Source: Galemys pyrenaicus
Lineage: Eukaryota
NCBI GenBank assembly: GCA_019455555.1
Contig: JAGFMF010011380.1
Span: forward strand, 15,038,053 to 15,102,052
DNA: 64,000 nt
Reading direction: 5' to 3'
The notes beneath the pieces are model-generated. The model made no database searches. It worked only from the letters and a program-made list of their open reading frames with translations, and was not told the origin of the DNA. Shown here piece by piece: positions 14,069 to 26,925 of the stretch; position 1 is the first letter of the stretch, and each line of letters starts with the position of its first letter. The translations under genes and the position numbers were made by a program.

Positions 14069-14786
14069 CCAGAAGAAAAACCTTAAATCAAAATTCCATC
14101 AAACTTTTGTCCATTAGTTTTACAATATCTCATTCTAGCCTACTATCAAATCTTCTCCCACACTGTTGGGATGTTTGACTTATCTGAGTTCCCTGTGTCT
14201 GTATTCTTGCTCACCCTCAGCAAGAGCTACTAAAAAGCAATAGGTAACTAAAATTGAAGTGAGAACAGAATTAAAAGCAGAAGTCCTAAATAATGAGACC
14301 AGTGGATAATCTGAAATGGATTATAAAATCATCTACAATTGTTTTAATTTTAATTAGCAGAAAAATGAGATAGAGGAAATATGTTAATAATGCAGATTAA
14401 ATATAAAAGCATGTCCTATATCTTTAGAAGTAACATTGTAAATAGCACAAAAATATTCTTCAGGTATACAAAAGTAAGATGCTTACATCAGGGACCAACA
14501 AATAAAGTTCTGTCATGACTTTTATTCCCTTCCACTGTCATCTTATTTTTAATGGAAGATATTATTAACCAAGTCTACACTATAATTGTACATTATCTGC
14601 AATTTTAATAGGTTGGCTACAGAACAAAGAGTTCATGAAAAACCAATGAAAACATCTGTCAGGATCAAATACTTAGACACAATGCACAGTAAGAATATTG
14701 TATATTTATAATTTGCAAATTCGCTACATTAAAATTTTTAAATTTATTGCAACTATAATTTTAAAAAATATGATAAAATATAATAC

Positions 14787-14942
14787 CTGAATATCTTTCT
14801 TGACTGGCTTAGCTTTGTTTTCCATAACTTTGTTTCTAAATTCAAGAAGAACTTCTTTACAGTCCTCAAGATGAACTTCAGGTTCCCAGGTGTCATCATC
14901 TGATGTGTATCCTTTCCATCGAACTTTGTAAAGGATTTTACC
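14787..14942 (-). CDS. MPHOSPH8: MPHOSPH8 exon 2 (chromodomain core)
   Basis: It encodes GKILYKVRWKGYTSDDDTWEPEVHLEDCKEVLLEFRNKVMENKAKPVKKDIQ. The upstream splice acceptor on the gene strand is ctgtaacag and the donor is gtatta. Reading-frame phase is continuous with exon 1. Confidence 0.8.
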
Positions 14943-16663
14943 CTGTTACAGAAATGGAAAACGGCAAAGTACATTAGTGAATTGATTGCATTTCCAAAGA
15001 CAAAAAATTGCTGAAAATATATGTACAAACTTAAAAACTGCTTGTAAATGGAGATTAGTATCTTTATAATGTATGCTAGCCTCCTCAAGTAAGTGACTTA
15101 AGAAAAAAATATTGATTTATTTTTCATAAATTTAACACTATGGTCTCTTTTCTGATTATATAATTGTGTAACCTTTGTAAATTAGTGAAAAATAGGAAAA
15201 AAACAAGTCAACCAGAGATTTGATAACCATTCAATCTACTGCACTCGCCATTTACTCATAAGTATATATTTAATGTAGATTCCTAAAACCACTGGGATAA
15301 TACTGTCACTTTTCTCTTGCTTTTTCACTTATATCAAGTACTCCTTGTTTTAATATTTTCAAACTATGATTTCTAGTGACCAGAGGTTATTTCATCCTCT
15401 AAGTACAATAAAATTTCTTCTTTTGTTAACCAAAGGTTATTTTGATAGTTTCCTAATCTAGTTCATAAAGCCGTAATATATCTGCATATTTAATTAAATT
15501 TCCAAAAGAGAGATCAATGAAGTCAAATAATAGTCATTTAAAGACTGTTAAAACACACTGCCAAATAGATTCCACTAAAGATACTCCAATTTGCACTCTC
15601 ACCACAAACAAGAATCCATCTCTCTGTATGGCAAACTATATTGCATATCTCTACACTCATCCCCGTCACCAATGGAAATGGAAAAGAGTTTGGCAATTCC
15701 TAAGTATGTATATATCCCAAAGAACTGAAAAGAGGAACTCAATAGTTATGTTAGACATCATGTTCAGCAAAGCATTATTTACAATAGTCACAAAGTGAAG
15801 CAACCTAAGTATCCATAACTGGAAGAATGGATAAACCAAATGAGCTATTTTTATAAAGTGAACTATATATACTTATAAATGGTTAAAATAACATAAAACT
15901 ACAATATCTGTGGTAGCACATTATCCTTAGAGGTGTGAGCCTCAAAAAATTTGATTTTATTGTTTTTGTAAGTGTAACAAAATAATGGAAACCACAATAA
16001 AACCACTTTATTCTTTACAAGCTACAAAATTAATATATATAATCCAAATTTCTGCTCAAAATTTCTGATTCATCTTTTCTCATGAAAATCTAACCTCAAT
16101 GAGAAGCAAAACTTAGTATTCTGCCTTACCAGTGGAGTGCCATTATAGCTATACACTTAAAACCTGCCTGAATTTATTCATATAACAACCACGGCAGTAC
16201 TTTCCAAGCAGAGTGGCAAACATATTCCCATTTTACCTTTCAATCACTTTACCATCTATAGATAGACAAAGCATCAGTTTACAGCAGGACTACAAACTAA
16301 GACATTATGGAAGAGAAGAACCTCAACTTGTAAAAATAATCCTGAAAAATCATTATAATTTTAAATAATTAGCCTTTATCAATAGTTTAATGGTTCAGTC
16401 CCCTAACAAGGTTGATTACTGATTCTATCAATTGAGAATTTATGCATTCTTTTTTGGTGAAACAGCACACCAAACTTCACACCCCTCACTCCCCAAACCC
16501 TACTATTCTATACATTGTAAGAACTATGAAGGTTTACTTAAAAATGAAGAAATTAAACAAAGATGAGACAGTGTGGTTAAGAAGTCTGCATGAATGGAAT
16601 GGAGAGAAAAAATTCCCCAGCTACAGAATGCAGTACTGCTTAAGACAGCAGCAGGCTTGTTCT

Positions 16664-16918
16664 TTTTTTTTTTTAAAGATTTATTTATTTATACATACAA
16701 GAGCTGGGGTACAACGGGAAGTGGGAGGATTCACCAGAGACAGAGTGGGGAGCAAAACAGGCCGACTGACTGAGATACACTGCTGAGGGGCGCAGCGGGC
16801 AAAGCAGGAGAGGTCTGCTGAGCCATGTGGGTCCCCTCCCCGGCAGGGGATTGAACTCACGTTGCCGTGCCACGTGCACTGTGCGGCACTCAACCTGCTG
16901 CACCACCAGGGAGGCCCA
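16664..16918 (-). mobile_element. tRNA-derived SINE, subfamily A
   Basis: It runs from a poly-T plus aaagatttatttatttatacatacaagagctgggg to caccaccagggaggccc. Confidence 0.8.
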
Positions 16919-17074
16919 ACAGGCTTGTTCTTGATAGAAACATCATATGCAGTTATATGACAACTTTGCTAAGTACAGGAATATGAGCACATGGAAACAA
17001 AAGGACCTTACTTCTGAGCCACAGTACTTTTGGATGTATACAAAAATACTGGCAAATCTGTTTTTATTTTTTTT

Positions 17075-17338
17075 TAAAGATTTATTTATTTATGCATACA
17101 AGCACTGGGGTACAGGCCAGAGGTGTAGGGGGTGAGAGGATTCACCACAGAAAGCGGGGAGAACAGGCAGATCAACGGAAGTACACTGCTGAGGGGAGCA
17201 GCGGGCACAGCAGGAGAGGTCTGCCATGCCATGTGGGTCCCCTCCCTGGCTGGCGGCAGGGATCGAACTTGTGCTGCAGTGGCTGAGGTTTGCTTTGTAG
17301 TGCGTTGCTTAACCCACTGCGCCACCAGGGAGGCCCGG
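17075..17338 (-). mobile_element. tRNA-derived SINE, subfamily A
   Basis: It runs from aaagatttatttatttatgcatacaagcactggggtacaggcc to gccaccagggaggcccgg. Confidence 0.8.
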
Positions 17339-17871
17339 CAAATCTGTTTTTAATAGAGCTTTTTAAAAAAAGCAATTTACTTTTCAAATGGGTAAACAAA
17401 TGTATATAGTGAAAAAAAGATAAAGCAATATTAACAAGAATCTGGGTAAAAGTCTGAGATTCTATAAAACTTACTGATAATTGTTACCAGTCTTTATTTC
17501 AGCAGGTTTGTTTCACTCTATAAATATTTATTGAGGATCACTATGTGACCAGAACCTGGAGTGTTAGGAACCCAAAAGTATACAAAGCAGATGAAGTAGC
17601 TACATTATAAATTCTTTTGATGTCTTTTTATATGACAGGAGTCATAGAGATCCAAATATTGCCCAGAGTTTGACATATATTAATAAATTTCATGGTAGCT
17701 CTGACATTTATTTACTTAGCTTCAAAAATCCAGAAGTAGTCTTTATTTCTTGATAACCTATTGTTATTTTAGGTTAACCAGTGAGCCAAAATAAAAGGCA
17801 TCAAATGGTTATCCTTTCCTGGTAAATAACGTGTATAGTTTAAAATTTGTTGTTAAAAAAAAATCTCAAGG

Positions 17872-18150
17872 GGGCCTCCCTGGTGGCGCAAAGGTTTAAG
17901 GTGCAGCATTATGAAACTATCCGCAAGCACTGCAGCCTGAGTTCCATCCCTGGCTAGGGAGGTGACCCACATGGTGCAGCAGATCTCTCCTATCTTGCCC
18001 ATAGCTACCCTTAGCAGTATATTTCAGTCAATCTACCTCTTCTGCTCCCAACTCTGTCTCTGGTGACTCCTCTCGCCCCCCCACCCCCACACTTCTAGCC
18101 TATACCCTAGTTCTTGTATGTATAAATAAATAAATCTTAAAAAAAAAAAA
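17872..18150 (+). mobile_element. tRNA-derived SINE, subfamily A
   Basis: The head reads ggggcctccctggtggcgcaaaggtttaagg. The tail reads tataaataaataaatcttaaaaaaaaaaaa. Confidence 0.8.
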
Positions 18151-19417
18151 TCTCAAGGCCAATGGATCTGTGTGCATTATGAATGTGAAATATAATAAAA
18201 AGAAAAGTGAAGACGTAATAAAGCTTTTTGTATGTTAATAGTAGACTGCTCAGCACTACTTTAAAATCAACAAGCAACAAGTCATGTAATACGACAGTTA
18301 TAGAAACCAACAATATTAGGAATATTAAATGAAGAGTACTTTTTCCCATATACATAATTCTCAAATTATTTTTCCGTACCCAGTTTCAAGTTCCTAAGTA
18401 ACAACTAATTTGTTCACTGAGCATTGTATCATAGATTTAAAATAATCTAATCTTCAATGTGAAACACCACATCAATAACTCAATTAAAGTAAAAATTCCT
18501 TCAAAGCACATGAAACATTAGTACCTAAAATGTTCGGAAATTAAGGAATACATGTGTACATAATTTAAGAAACTTGGAAATTCAACAGTTTTATGTGAGC
18601 ACAAACATCCTACATAATTTATGAACTGTAGCTAAAGTGAAGTTAAGAGGACATCCTATAGTCCAAAAGGCATGTAATTTTGAACAAAATAATAATAAAA
18701 GCTGAAAAATAGTGAGCTAAGTGTGTACATCAAGCTATTTTTAAAAAGACCAGTAAATTAAAGAAAGAATAAAAAAAAAGTGGAAGTTAATGAAAAAGCA
18801 AATGTGTTTCTCTATGAGCAATAAACAATGACATTTTGTAAAAAAGTTAATTTATTACTGTGTGGTTCCTTCAAAACCAAGGGTAATGACATGATCCTTG
18901 CTTTAGTAGTCACCATGTATTGGGCAGGATATGGGGTGAGGGGAGTCCCAAGAACTCCATGATACTGGACATTAACTTAGGCTATATGTGAAGCAATGGA
19001 TTAAGAGCCAGTGATTAATAAAAGAGCCAAAGATTAATAAAAATCACATTCCCTGTATTAAGAAGCCCACAACCTAGTAGGATAGAAATATAGATCAGTA
19101 ATACTTGAAATGCTAAAACAGAGATCTATAAAAAGTGTTATAAGGGCACAGATGGAGAAGCATTTCACTCTAGGGATCAGGATCAGAAAAGGCTTTCACA
19201 GAGGAACAGAATCATTCATCAAGGCCTTGAAAGATGGAGTATGATTTCACCAGGAAACAGTAAAGCCCCAAGACACAAGGGGATGAAGAATCTCAAATAC
19301 TATTATGTGGCTACATCATATAATGCATTAGAAGAGGGGGTAATTCAGGTGACACCCTCTTGGGTAAAATTCTGAATGGGGATTCTTGCAGATTTTAAAG
19401 CAGGTAATTTTTTTAAA

Positions 19418-19550
19418 AAAGGTTTTATTTTTACATAGAACTGGGGTAAAGGCCAGAGGTACCGGGGAGAGGGCTGAGAGGATTCACCAGAGACAGAGTG
19501 GGGAACAGAACAGGCAGACAGAATGAAACACACTACTGAGGGGAGGAGCC
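19418..19550 (-). mobile_element. SINE 3' portion; its matching head fragment lies at 20237-20253
   Basis: The 3' portion reads ggttttatttttacatagaactggggtaaaggccagaggtaccgg...acactactgagggg. Further on, at 20237-20253, sits the head fragment ggccaccagggaggtcc. Confidence 0.5.
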
Positions 19551-22500
19551 AGTGAACTCAGGCCTTTAGAGTGGTAGTGCTAATGTTACAGGGCAGGGAG
19601 AGGGGCACTCCAGAACCCCCAAACCTGCCCTCTCTAAATGGGTTCTGCCATCCGCCACATCAAGACAAAGTTCCTTTAATGGAAAGAACTTTAATACAAT
19701 TAGGGACCAATACATAAAAGACAAAGAATATAGTTACTAAATCAAGCATCCAAAGTTATCCATCTCATTGAAGGTAAAAGTCCAGTCAAATAGGACTGGC
19801 CCAAAGCAAGGCCCAAAAGCCTGCCACAAATCTAAAACACCTTTCAGTGGAGACCCATAGAAAAGGGTCAGAAAGGGTCAGACAAACCTGGGAGTAAAAG
19901 AGCAAAATCAAAATCAAGGTACAAGCTGCCATTGTTAATCTCCCCACGGGTCTCTCACCCACATCTGTTGCAACCAGTCCAAGACCAAGAAGCAAGCGCA
20001 GTTTCTTCACATGTCCCTCTGCTCCATGTGCCTCCTCCAGGTCTCCTTGCTGCTCTCCACCCTGTTTCCTTCTTCTTCCCTTCCTTCTGTCTGTCTTCTC
20101 CTATCTTCTGTCCCCAATCTCCTCTCCAGCATCTTCTCATCCCTTCTCAGCTCCACCCTACTTAGAGCAGGACCGGGATTCTGGAACTTCCCCTTTTCCT
20201 GGGGACCACCCTGTTACACTAAGACACAACCCCAAGGCCACCAGGGAGGTCCAAACCAGATAAATTAAGGCTTTGGGAAACAACAATGATGTGGATAATG
20301 GACTCTAAATAGAAGCATTATTTCAATAGGACTTCATTTTGTCTGAGGAACAATGAGGAGCAAGCACAGAGCCAGTGGGTGGTGCTCACACCCAACTCAA
20401 TGATAAAAGGGAGAGCTTTCTGCACTCCAACACCTTGAGTTCCTGAAGGGGGGTTTCTGGGAAGTAGGGGCAGAGGAGCGGTCATACTGACCTTAAATAA
20501 GACTGAGCACAGCCAAGCTGGTCTCTTATTTTGGCTTCCACCAGTAGTCAACCCTAGTATCTGCTCAGCTGACAGTATCTGCTGGTAGGGCAGAACATGT
20601 CTTACAGCATGCTATTGAATATTTTCTCTCTTAGCTTTCCCTTTTCTCACTCTCTGCAAATCTGTTTCTGGGTCTTGCCCTGTATTGTTAAGTACCTGGA
20701 TGAGGACTCACAAACTGGGTCATCCCCTTTTCTCACTGGTTGCCCTATAGCATATCCCTTCCAGCTAATATTCCTTAAAAATATGTATTTTTCAGCCAGT
20801 CAGATCACTGTGAACAGCACACATATTCTACACTCTGGGCCTCTCTCCTGGTAGAATCAACCTGGAAAGCTTGTCTGACCTCCCTTTGTCTAACCAAATC
20901 CTACCTCTCCTATAGAAAGAATTTCAGGTTTCACCACTTCCACAATGTCTAGCATATCCTTTACTTCTCTCTCCTCCGAACGCTACAAAATTTATTGCCT
21001 GCCATAATCATTCGTAAGTCATTTTGTCCTATTAGTTAATTGGGGAAAAAAAGGCTTAAAGACAGTTGTACAGCAAACAGCACAAAAATTCAGAGTCCAA
21101 CAAGGTAAAAATTTAAAAAATGGCTGAGACACTGTTAAAATCATTTTCTCTCCGCTTCCACTCCAATTTTATCGAATAGTACAGCAAAATACTTTTGTAA
21201 ACTACATCTGACTCCAATTCATTTGATCTATTTTTGCATAAACTCTTCTGCCTGCTTTTTTGATTGGGTTGTTTTTTGTTGAGCTGTATCAGTACTTCTA
21301 GATCTTCAGTATCAGTCCTTATTCAAATGTATGGTATGCAAATATTTTCTCTTCTTCAGCATTGTCTTTCCATTTCAATAGTTTGTTTCATTGTGTAGAT
21401 GCTATTTTGTTTTCCTTGCTGTTAAAGATGAATTGATGAAGACATCACTGAAGCTTATGTCATGAAGTGTTCTGACCATGTAAAAAATATAAAATGCGTC
21501 ACAAATCTGCATGTCATGCTTGTAGAGAAATCATGCCAATCTTCTCTGCATCTTTCCAGGTTTAGTATATATGCTACCAAAATGAGCCTTTTTTTTTTTT
21601 TTTTGGTATTAACTCATAGGACAGAATAACCAAGCAGAATTTCTGTTGGCTGTGTTGGAATTGTCCGTAAGGTATCTACATTGGGTTCTCAACATTTGTT
21701 CTGTCCTGCCATCAGGGGCCATTACATGGTAAGGTCCCACCAGATTCCACCTGCAACATTTGTACCTTTGGTTAAGATTTTTTCATGTTCCCAAGGCTTT
21801 TTTCTCCCTGGTTTCTCCAGGCCTGCCAACAGAGATAAGCTTCCCTACTCTCATGTGTCTTTTGATATTAGCCACAGAACCATCTGAGATGAATTCTGTT
21901 ACTTTTCCTTGTTGGATAACCATAAGTTAATTCTGATTTAAACATGGAAAAAAACCTTAACACTCATTATAATTCTTAGACATGCATGCTTTAAATTAAT
22001 TCACTAATAGGTCTCATTTACCAAAATCCTAAATCATGATTTCTTGAAAAACACTGGGTTATTTTAATTTATAAAATAATTATAACCCAATTTTAGAATC
22101 AATTCTATTATTGCCATTCAGAGATAAAAGACACAAAGGGGAAGACTGTCAACAGAAAGACTCAGATTTCTTAATTTTCTTTTAAAATTTCAGCCATGTG
22201 TACCAATTTTAAGAAAGTTATTTTACCAGTATTTGTGAAGACATTGAAAACTTTTGTTGATTCAATTTACCAACAGTTCTTTACTAACTCCTTCAGATAA
22301 AAAAAAAAAACAAACAAAACCCTTCCTTAAGTTTGTATTTTTAAGAATGGCTCTTTGGTTCCTAAGCTGGGGGTTGAAAATCTACATCAGTTTCCTAAGG
22401 CAATTACCTTTTACTTCTCTAAAATCCTTTATTTTGGATGGGTGGACTTGGGAGATGTTTCTGGAGTCACACCTTAAGTTTGGTGAAGCTTCCATTCCCA

Positions 22501-22838
22501 AGATATGGATGTAATATCTCTCAAAGTTAGGCTATAGCCTTATATTACGTTTAAGATACCCATTTAGCTACATTTTTTTTCCCCTAACTACCTTCTATCA
22601 AATAGGTTTCCTACATTAAAATGGTAACTAAGATTCTTACATGCTAAGATGTGTCCAGTTTAACTATTAAAGCATCTAATGTCCAAGATTACAACTATTC
22701 CAAATAACAAAAGAAATGCTTTAGTCACCCTGAGGGTTTGCAACAGATAGTAAAAAGAGGCAAAGTCTTTGTTCAACCTCAGGCAATTCCGAACACCTTA
22801 TTCAATCCTATGATTTTATCTTATGAAGAACAAAATAG

Positions 22839-23103
22839 GGCCTCCCTGGTGGCACAGTGGGTAGAGCTGTTAGGCACGCATTGAAGCATCCAAGGCACAG
22901 CAGTGCTGAGTTTGATCCCCGGCCAGGGAGGGGACCCAAATGTGCAGTAGACCTCTCCTGGTTCGCCCACTGCTCCCCTCAGCAGTGTATTTCAGTTGAT
23001 CTGCCTGTTTGGCTCCCCAGGCTGTCTCTGGTGAATCCTCTCACCTCCCATGCCTCTGGCCTGTATCACAGCTCTTGTATGCATAAATAAATCTTAAAAA
23101 AAA
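22839..23103 (+). mobile_element. tRNA-derived SINE, subfamily A
   Basis: The head reads gggcctccctggtggcacagtgggtagagc. The tail reads gcataaataaatcttaaaaaaaaa. Confidence 0.8.
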
Positions 23104-25050
23104 AGGAACACAACAGATTGATGATAATGGCCAAGAGGACGGGCTGAGAGACAGAGATCTAATTTCACAGTGTTCATAATGTTCATGAACATTCTACTGT
23201 TCTGTGATCCTCTGAGGTTGTGAGTTGAGCATGTAAAAAGACAGTTTTGGAAATTCAAGAGTTCTCTATTGGCCTTGGTAGCATGAATTAAGGGAATCTT
23301 TGATTTAATGACCAAACTTATTAATGACATTTTGTAAAACTAAGGCCATAAGATTTTTCAAGCCTAACTTGGTATTATTTTTTAAAACTTCCCTATGGAT
23401 AACCAAAATACTTCTTTATATTTCTTCTCTGCATTTCCATTGTCGTTACTTGTTTTTGATATGTCCAATAAACAACTAAGAAATTTTGTAATCCATGGCT
23501 GAATCCAGACTGTTAAAAGTGGTGGGCCCTGAAGCGGGATGCTGGTGAGGGCAGATAGCCCCAGGGGAAATGCAAACAAAGGATTGTGTTTTGGCGTGGA
23601 GACAGGTAAGAAACATAAGGGACTAAAGAAGCTGCCCCCAAGATTCAGCTTTGGAGCATTCAGTGTGGATTCTACATTTTATCTTCAGTGATTCTGGGGT
23701 CAGTGATTTCTGCCCCAACTTGCAGATATTCTAGAAGGCTGTTGTGGCCTCTGAAGTAGGTGAAGAGGCTTCCAGCAGCCAACCTCAGAGAGGAAAATTT
23801 CAGAGGCTTTGCAGGCAGTTGAGCAACTGAAATTGTTCCCAGTTTTGCTGCTGTTACAGCCTGGCAGGGAAAGTAAAGACCTTGGGCAGGTGCCTCGCTG
23901 AGCTGCATGAGCATGGCCATTTGACCACCAACAGCCTCTGTGGCTGATTTGAATGTCACTTGTCTAGTGCTGTGCTGGAGCATCTTGGCAGCTCCAGGGA
24001 GCATCTCCTGTTGAGTCTTCTGTTGTCTTCATGAGTTGGATCCTGGCCTACAGTTTGGCTGCTGCATGCTCCAGCTCTGAAGTGGTGGGAAGATGCCATC
24101 TTGGGAACATGGCTATTGTTTGGGAGAGGAGCTCGGTGGTGTCCTCAGTGGCAGGAAGATGCCAGTTTTGGAGTGTTTATATTTAGGACTTTAAAAACAC
24201 CAGACACTGCTTCGGTAAGGTAACCAGTCATTTCTGGCCTCAGTATCTCTTTTTCCCCCTGGCTTGTCAAATAAGTTCCATTATTGCTGTTCTCTGAACC
24301 TGAGTAGTCTTGCATTGTGTGTGTGGGTTAAGAACTCAAACAGTAACTGATAAACTATTTGGGCAGTGTACTTGACCAATTTTAGTGCCCCCTGCTGCCC
24401 TGTATTAGTTTGTCCAATTTAACATCTATTCAGTCAATTAAAGGCACTTTTTATAGCTTAAAATCCAAAGAAGTTTACTCTGGAGGCACAGTTCCTTTCC
24501 TCAAGACTTGGAAAAAATTGGGGAAATGGAACTTCTACCTGTGAACAGCATAGGCTGCAGACTCAACAGAACAGACTCAAAATGGAAAAGACCCTATCTT
24601 GAATTGGAAAACAAAACAGCATAACCAAACACAGCGTAGAATTCACTTCTCAATGCAAAATATTCTGGAAATAGTCCTGCATTTGAAGACTAAGAATAAA
24701 AGTCTCTACAGGGACACTACAGAAAGACGCTAGAAAGAAAAATACCTTTTTGGGAGAGCCAGCACAAGTTCCGGGAGAAACAAAAACCAATGGATCAATC
24801 AATATAAAGAAAAGTTCTTAAAAGACTAAAGAGTCACCCAAGAAGCCAGCTTAACAGATATCCAAATCCCACTTTCCAAACAAGATTTGAGGACAAAATC
24901 TTAAAGACAAATAGAAATGATCGAAAACAAAAACCTTCTTGGGTGAACTAATATAAGGATGAAAATTCTTTAAAGCCAGAAGGTTCAATACCAATTAATT
25001 ATTTTACTCCAAAATTCTTTTCTCTTATCCACTTAAAATTTAGAGATGGG

Positions 25051-25322
25051 TCCTCCCTGGTGTCGCAGTGGGTTAAGAAACACACTATGAAGCAAACAGC
25101 AGCCAGTGCAGCAAGAGTTGATCCCTGGCATCAGCCAGGGGTGTAACCCACATGGCTCAGTAGACCTCTCCAGCCCTGCCCGCTGCTCCCCTCAACAGTG
25201 TATTTCAGCCGATCTGCCTGTTCAGCTCCCCACTCTGTCTCTAAAGAATCCTCTCATTGCTCCCACACCTCTGGACTGTAACCAGGTTCTTGTACGGATA
25301 AATCTTTAAAAAAAAAAAAAAA
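25051..25322 (+). mobile_element. tRNA-derived SINE, subfamily A
   Basis: The head reads gggtcctccctggtgtcgcagtgggttaagaaac. The tail reads ggataaatctttaaaaaaaaaaaaaa. It lies ~450 bp downstream of the MPHOSPH8 CpG island edge. Confidence 0.8.
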
Positions 25323-25699
25323 TTTTAGAGAGACAGATTCCTCACCATTTCTCGGCTTTGTGCTTCGTGGACAGAGATTCAGGAGTCTGACTTGGTAAGA
25401 ATTCTTACCTTTAAAGCTGGCTCTTGTCAGACATCCAGGATCTCTTTCCAGGGCAATCAGCTTTCAGAAGCAATGAGTGTTCAGCCTGTAAAGTATCTTC
25501 TGGCTTGCTTGACAAATTGCCGGAAAGCAAAGAAAATCATCCTGTGCCCCTGTGGGTTCTTCTACGCTGGCAAAAAAATCAAACAAGCATCAGACAGCTA
25601 AGAGCATTTTCTAGCTTTCTCTCATCAATCTGTCAGATGCTTTTTTATTTGCCAGCCTCGAAAAACCCACTGGGTTAAGGGATACTTTCCTCTGCCCCC

Positions 25700-26760
25700 G
25701 CGTCCTCTTTCTAGCACCCAGCAATGCCCCAATCAGATACCAAAACACCGGTGACCATGTCAACCGCTAACTTCTGTACCCTTTTGAGCCTCACACACCG
25801 CACCCCAAACTCGTGCCTCTTCTGCTAACACAATCCTTTGTAAACTCGAAACACGTCCTCAAGGCCACAGCCCAGGAGTGAGTTGAATGTCCGGCCCAGC
25901 TGCCGGGTACCCGCCTGCACCGTGCTGGCCGCTTTCCTCCTGCCCACGTAGTGCACACACGCCGGGCTCCCGGCCGGGGTCCCCAGAGCCGGGCGTCTCC
26001 ATGTCTGCTGCACGCGGCCTGCCGCGCTTCCCTGCTCTCACGTACCCCCTCGGTCTTCATGTCCAGGATCTTCTCCACCTCGAACACATCCTCGCCGTCC
26101 TCCTCGCTGTCCCCAACGGCCTCCGCCGTCTTCGCGCTTGCGTCCTTCGCTTCGCCAACGGTTCCTACCCCGTCTCCATTCACTTCGGGAGATTCGTCGT
26201 TTTCGCCGGCGCCTGAAACAGAAGCTGCAGGCGCGCTCACCACATCCGCCACCGCCGCCATAACGGGAGCCCCACAAACCGCCGAGAATGTGCGACGACA
26301 CACAGCCCGGCGTCTTCTTGCGCTCGACTCCCGGCCCTGTTCCACTCCGACAGCGCGACGCGCCGCGCGGGGAACCCGCCAATGGCTGTACCGGACCCTG
26401 GAGTGTCAGGCTGACGGACCAATCAGAGCCAGACTGGCACTGCGGGGCCGCGCGGAACCTGCGGGAAGGAGGTGGGCGGGCCGACAGACTCCGAGCGGAA
26501 GGGCGGGGCAGGCGGCGGGTCCCGGCGGAGGGGGCGGGGACAACTACCCGAGAAGAAGAGCGGACAGCGGGGTAGCCTCTCTGGGGCTGGGCAGAGGCCG
26601 TGAGAGGCGGAACTTGTTGGGATTGGCCGGAGGTAAAGGGTGTGGGCCGAAGCCCAAGGCTGATTGGCAACCGGTGCTCTGGGCACAAACCCGGAAGGGC
26701 TGGAAGCTGGCCCTGCTCTCAGGCTTGGTTAGGCACCCGTGGAGGAGCTGAAGGTTGAAG
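25700..26760 (-). promoter_or_regulatory. MPHOSPH8: CpG island / promoter of MPHOSPH8 with GC boxes and CCAAT motifs
   Basis: CpG density rises sharply here compared with the AT-rich flanks. Three GGGCGG boxes lie at ~26470-26545. CCAAT/ATTGG motifs lie at 26383 and 26419. The region sits directly upstream of the ATG at 26261 (minus strand). The TSS itself is not determinable from sequence. Confidence 0.6.
26046..26261 (-). CDS. MPHOSPH8: MPHOSPH8 coding exon 1 (N-terminus and start of the chromodomain)
   Basis: Minus-strand translation is MAAVADVV...GEDVFEVEKILDMKTEG, 72 codons, ending at a gtacgtgag donor. The EDVFEVEKILDMKTEG motif matches the human MPP8 chromodomain start as I recall it. 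Confidence 0.8.
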
Positions 26761-26864
26761 AGCGCCCTTGATACTGGGGGTCGGCAGCGCCAGGGCCGCT
26801 CCCTCCACCCGGGAAGAATTTCTAAACGGATCCATCTACTGAGGGAGCGGAATTGCCAGTTCAG

Positions 26865-26925
26865 AAATTGTATTATATATGTATGTATATATATACATAG
26901 GTATGTATATACACATATATTGAAT
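26865..26925. repeat. (TA)/(TATG) microsatellite at the edge of the CpG island
   Basis: It reads tatatatgtatgtatatatatacataggtatgtatatacacatatat. Confidence 0.8.

Noticed and set aside
14753-15088. A 111-aa minus-strand ORF
   Set aside because: Only the central 52 codons (14787-14942) form the MPHOSPH8 chromodomain exon. The rest is intronic read-through past the splice sites.
23672-24004. A 110-aa minus-strand ORF in a low-repeat-looking stretch
   Set aside because: It has no splice-site support and no recognisable domain. The surrounding 23.5-24.3 kb contains a ~40-bp internal duplication (gaagtggtgggaagatgccatcttgg / cagtggcaggaagatgccagttttgg), suggesting an old, unclassified interspersed repeat.
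25791-26751. Five long overlapping ORFs (60-266 aa) on both strands over the CpG island
   Set aside because: They are Arg/Pro/Gly/Ala-rich translations of GC-rich DNA with few stop codons. Only the minus-strand frame beginning MAAVADVV at 26261 matches MPHOSPH8 and ends at a splice donor.
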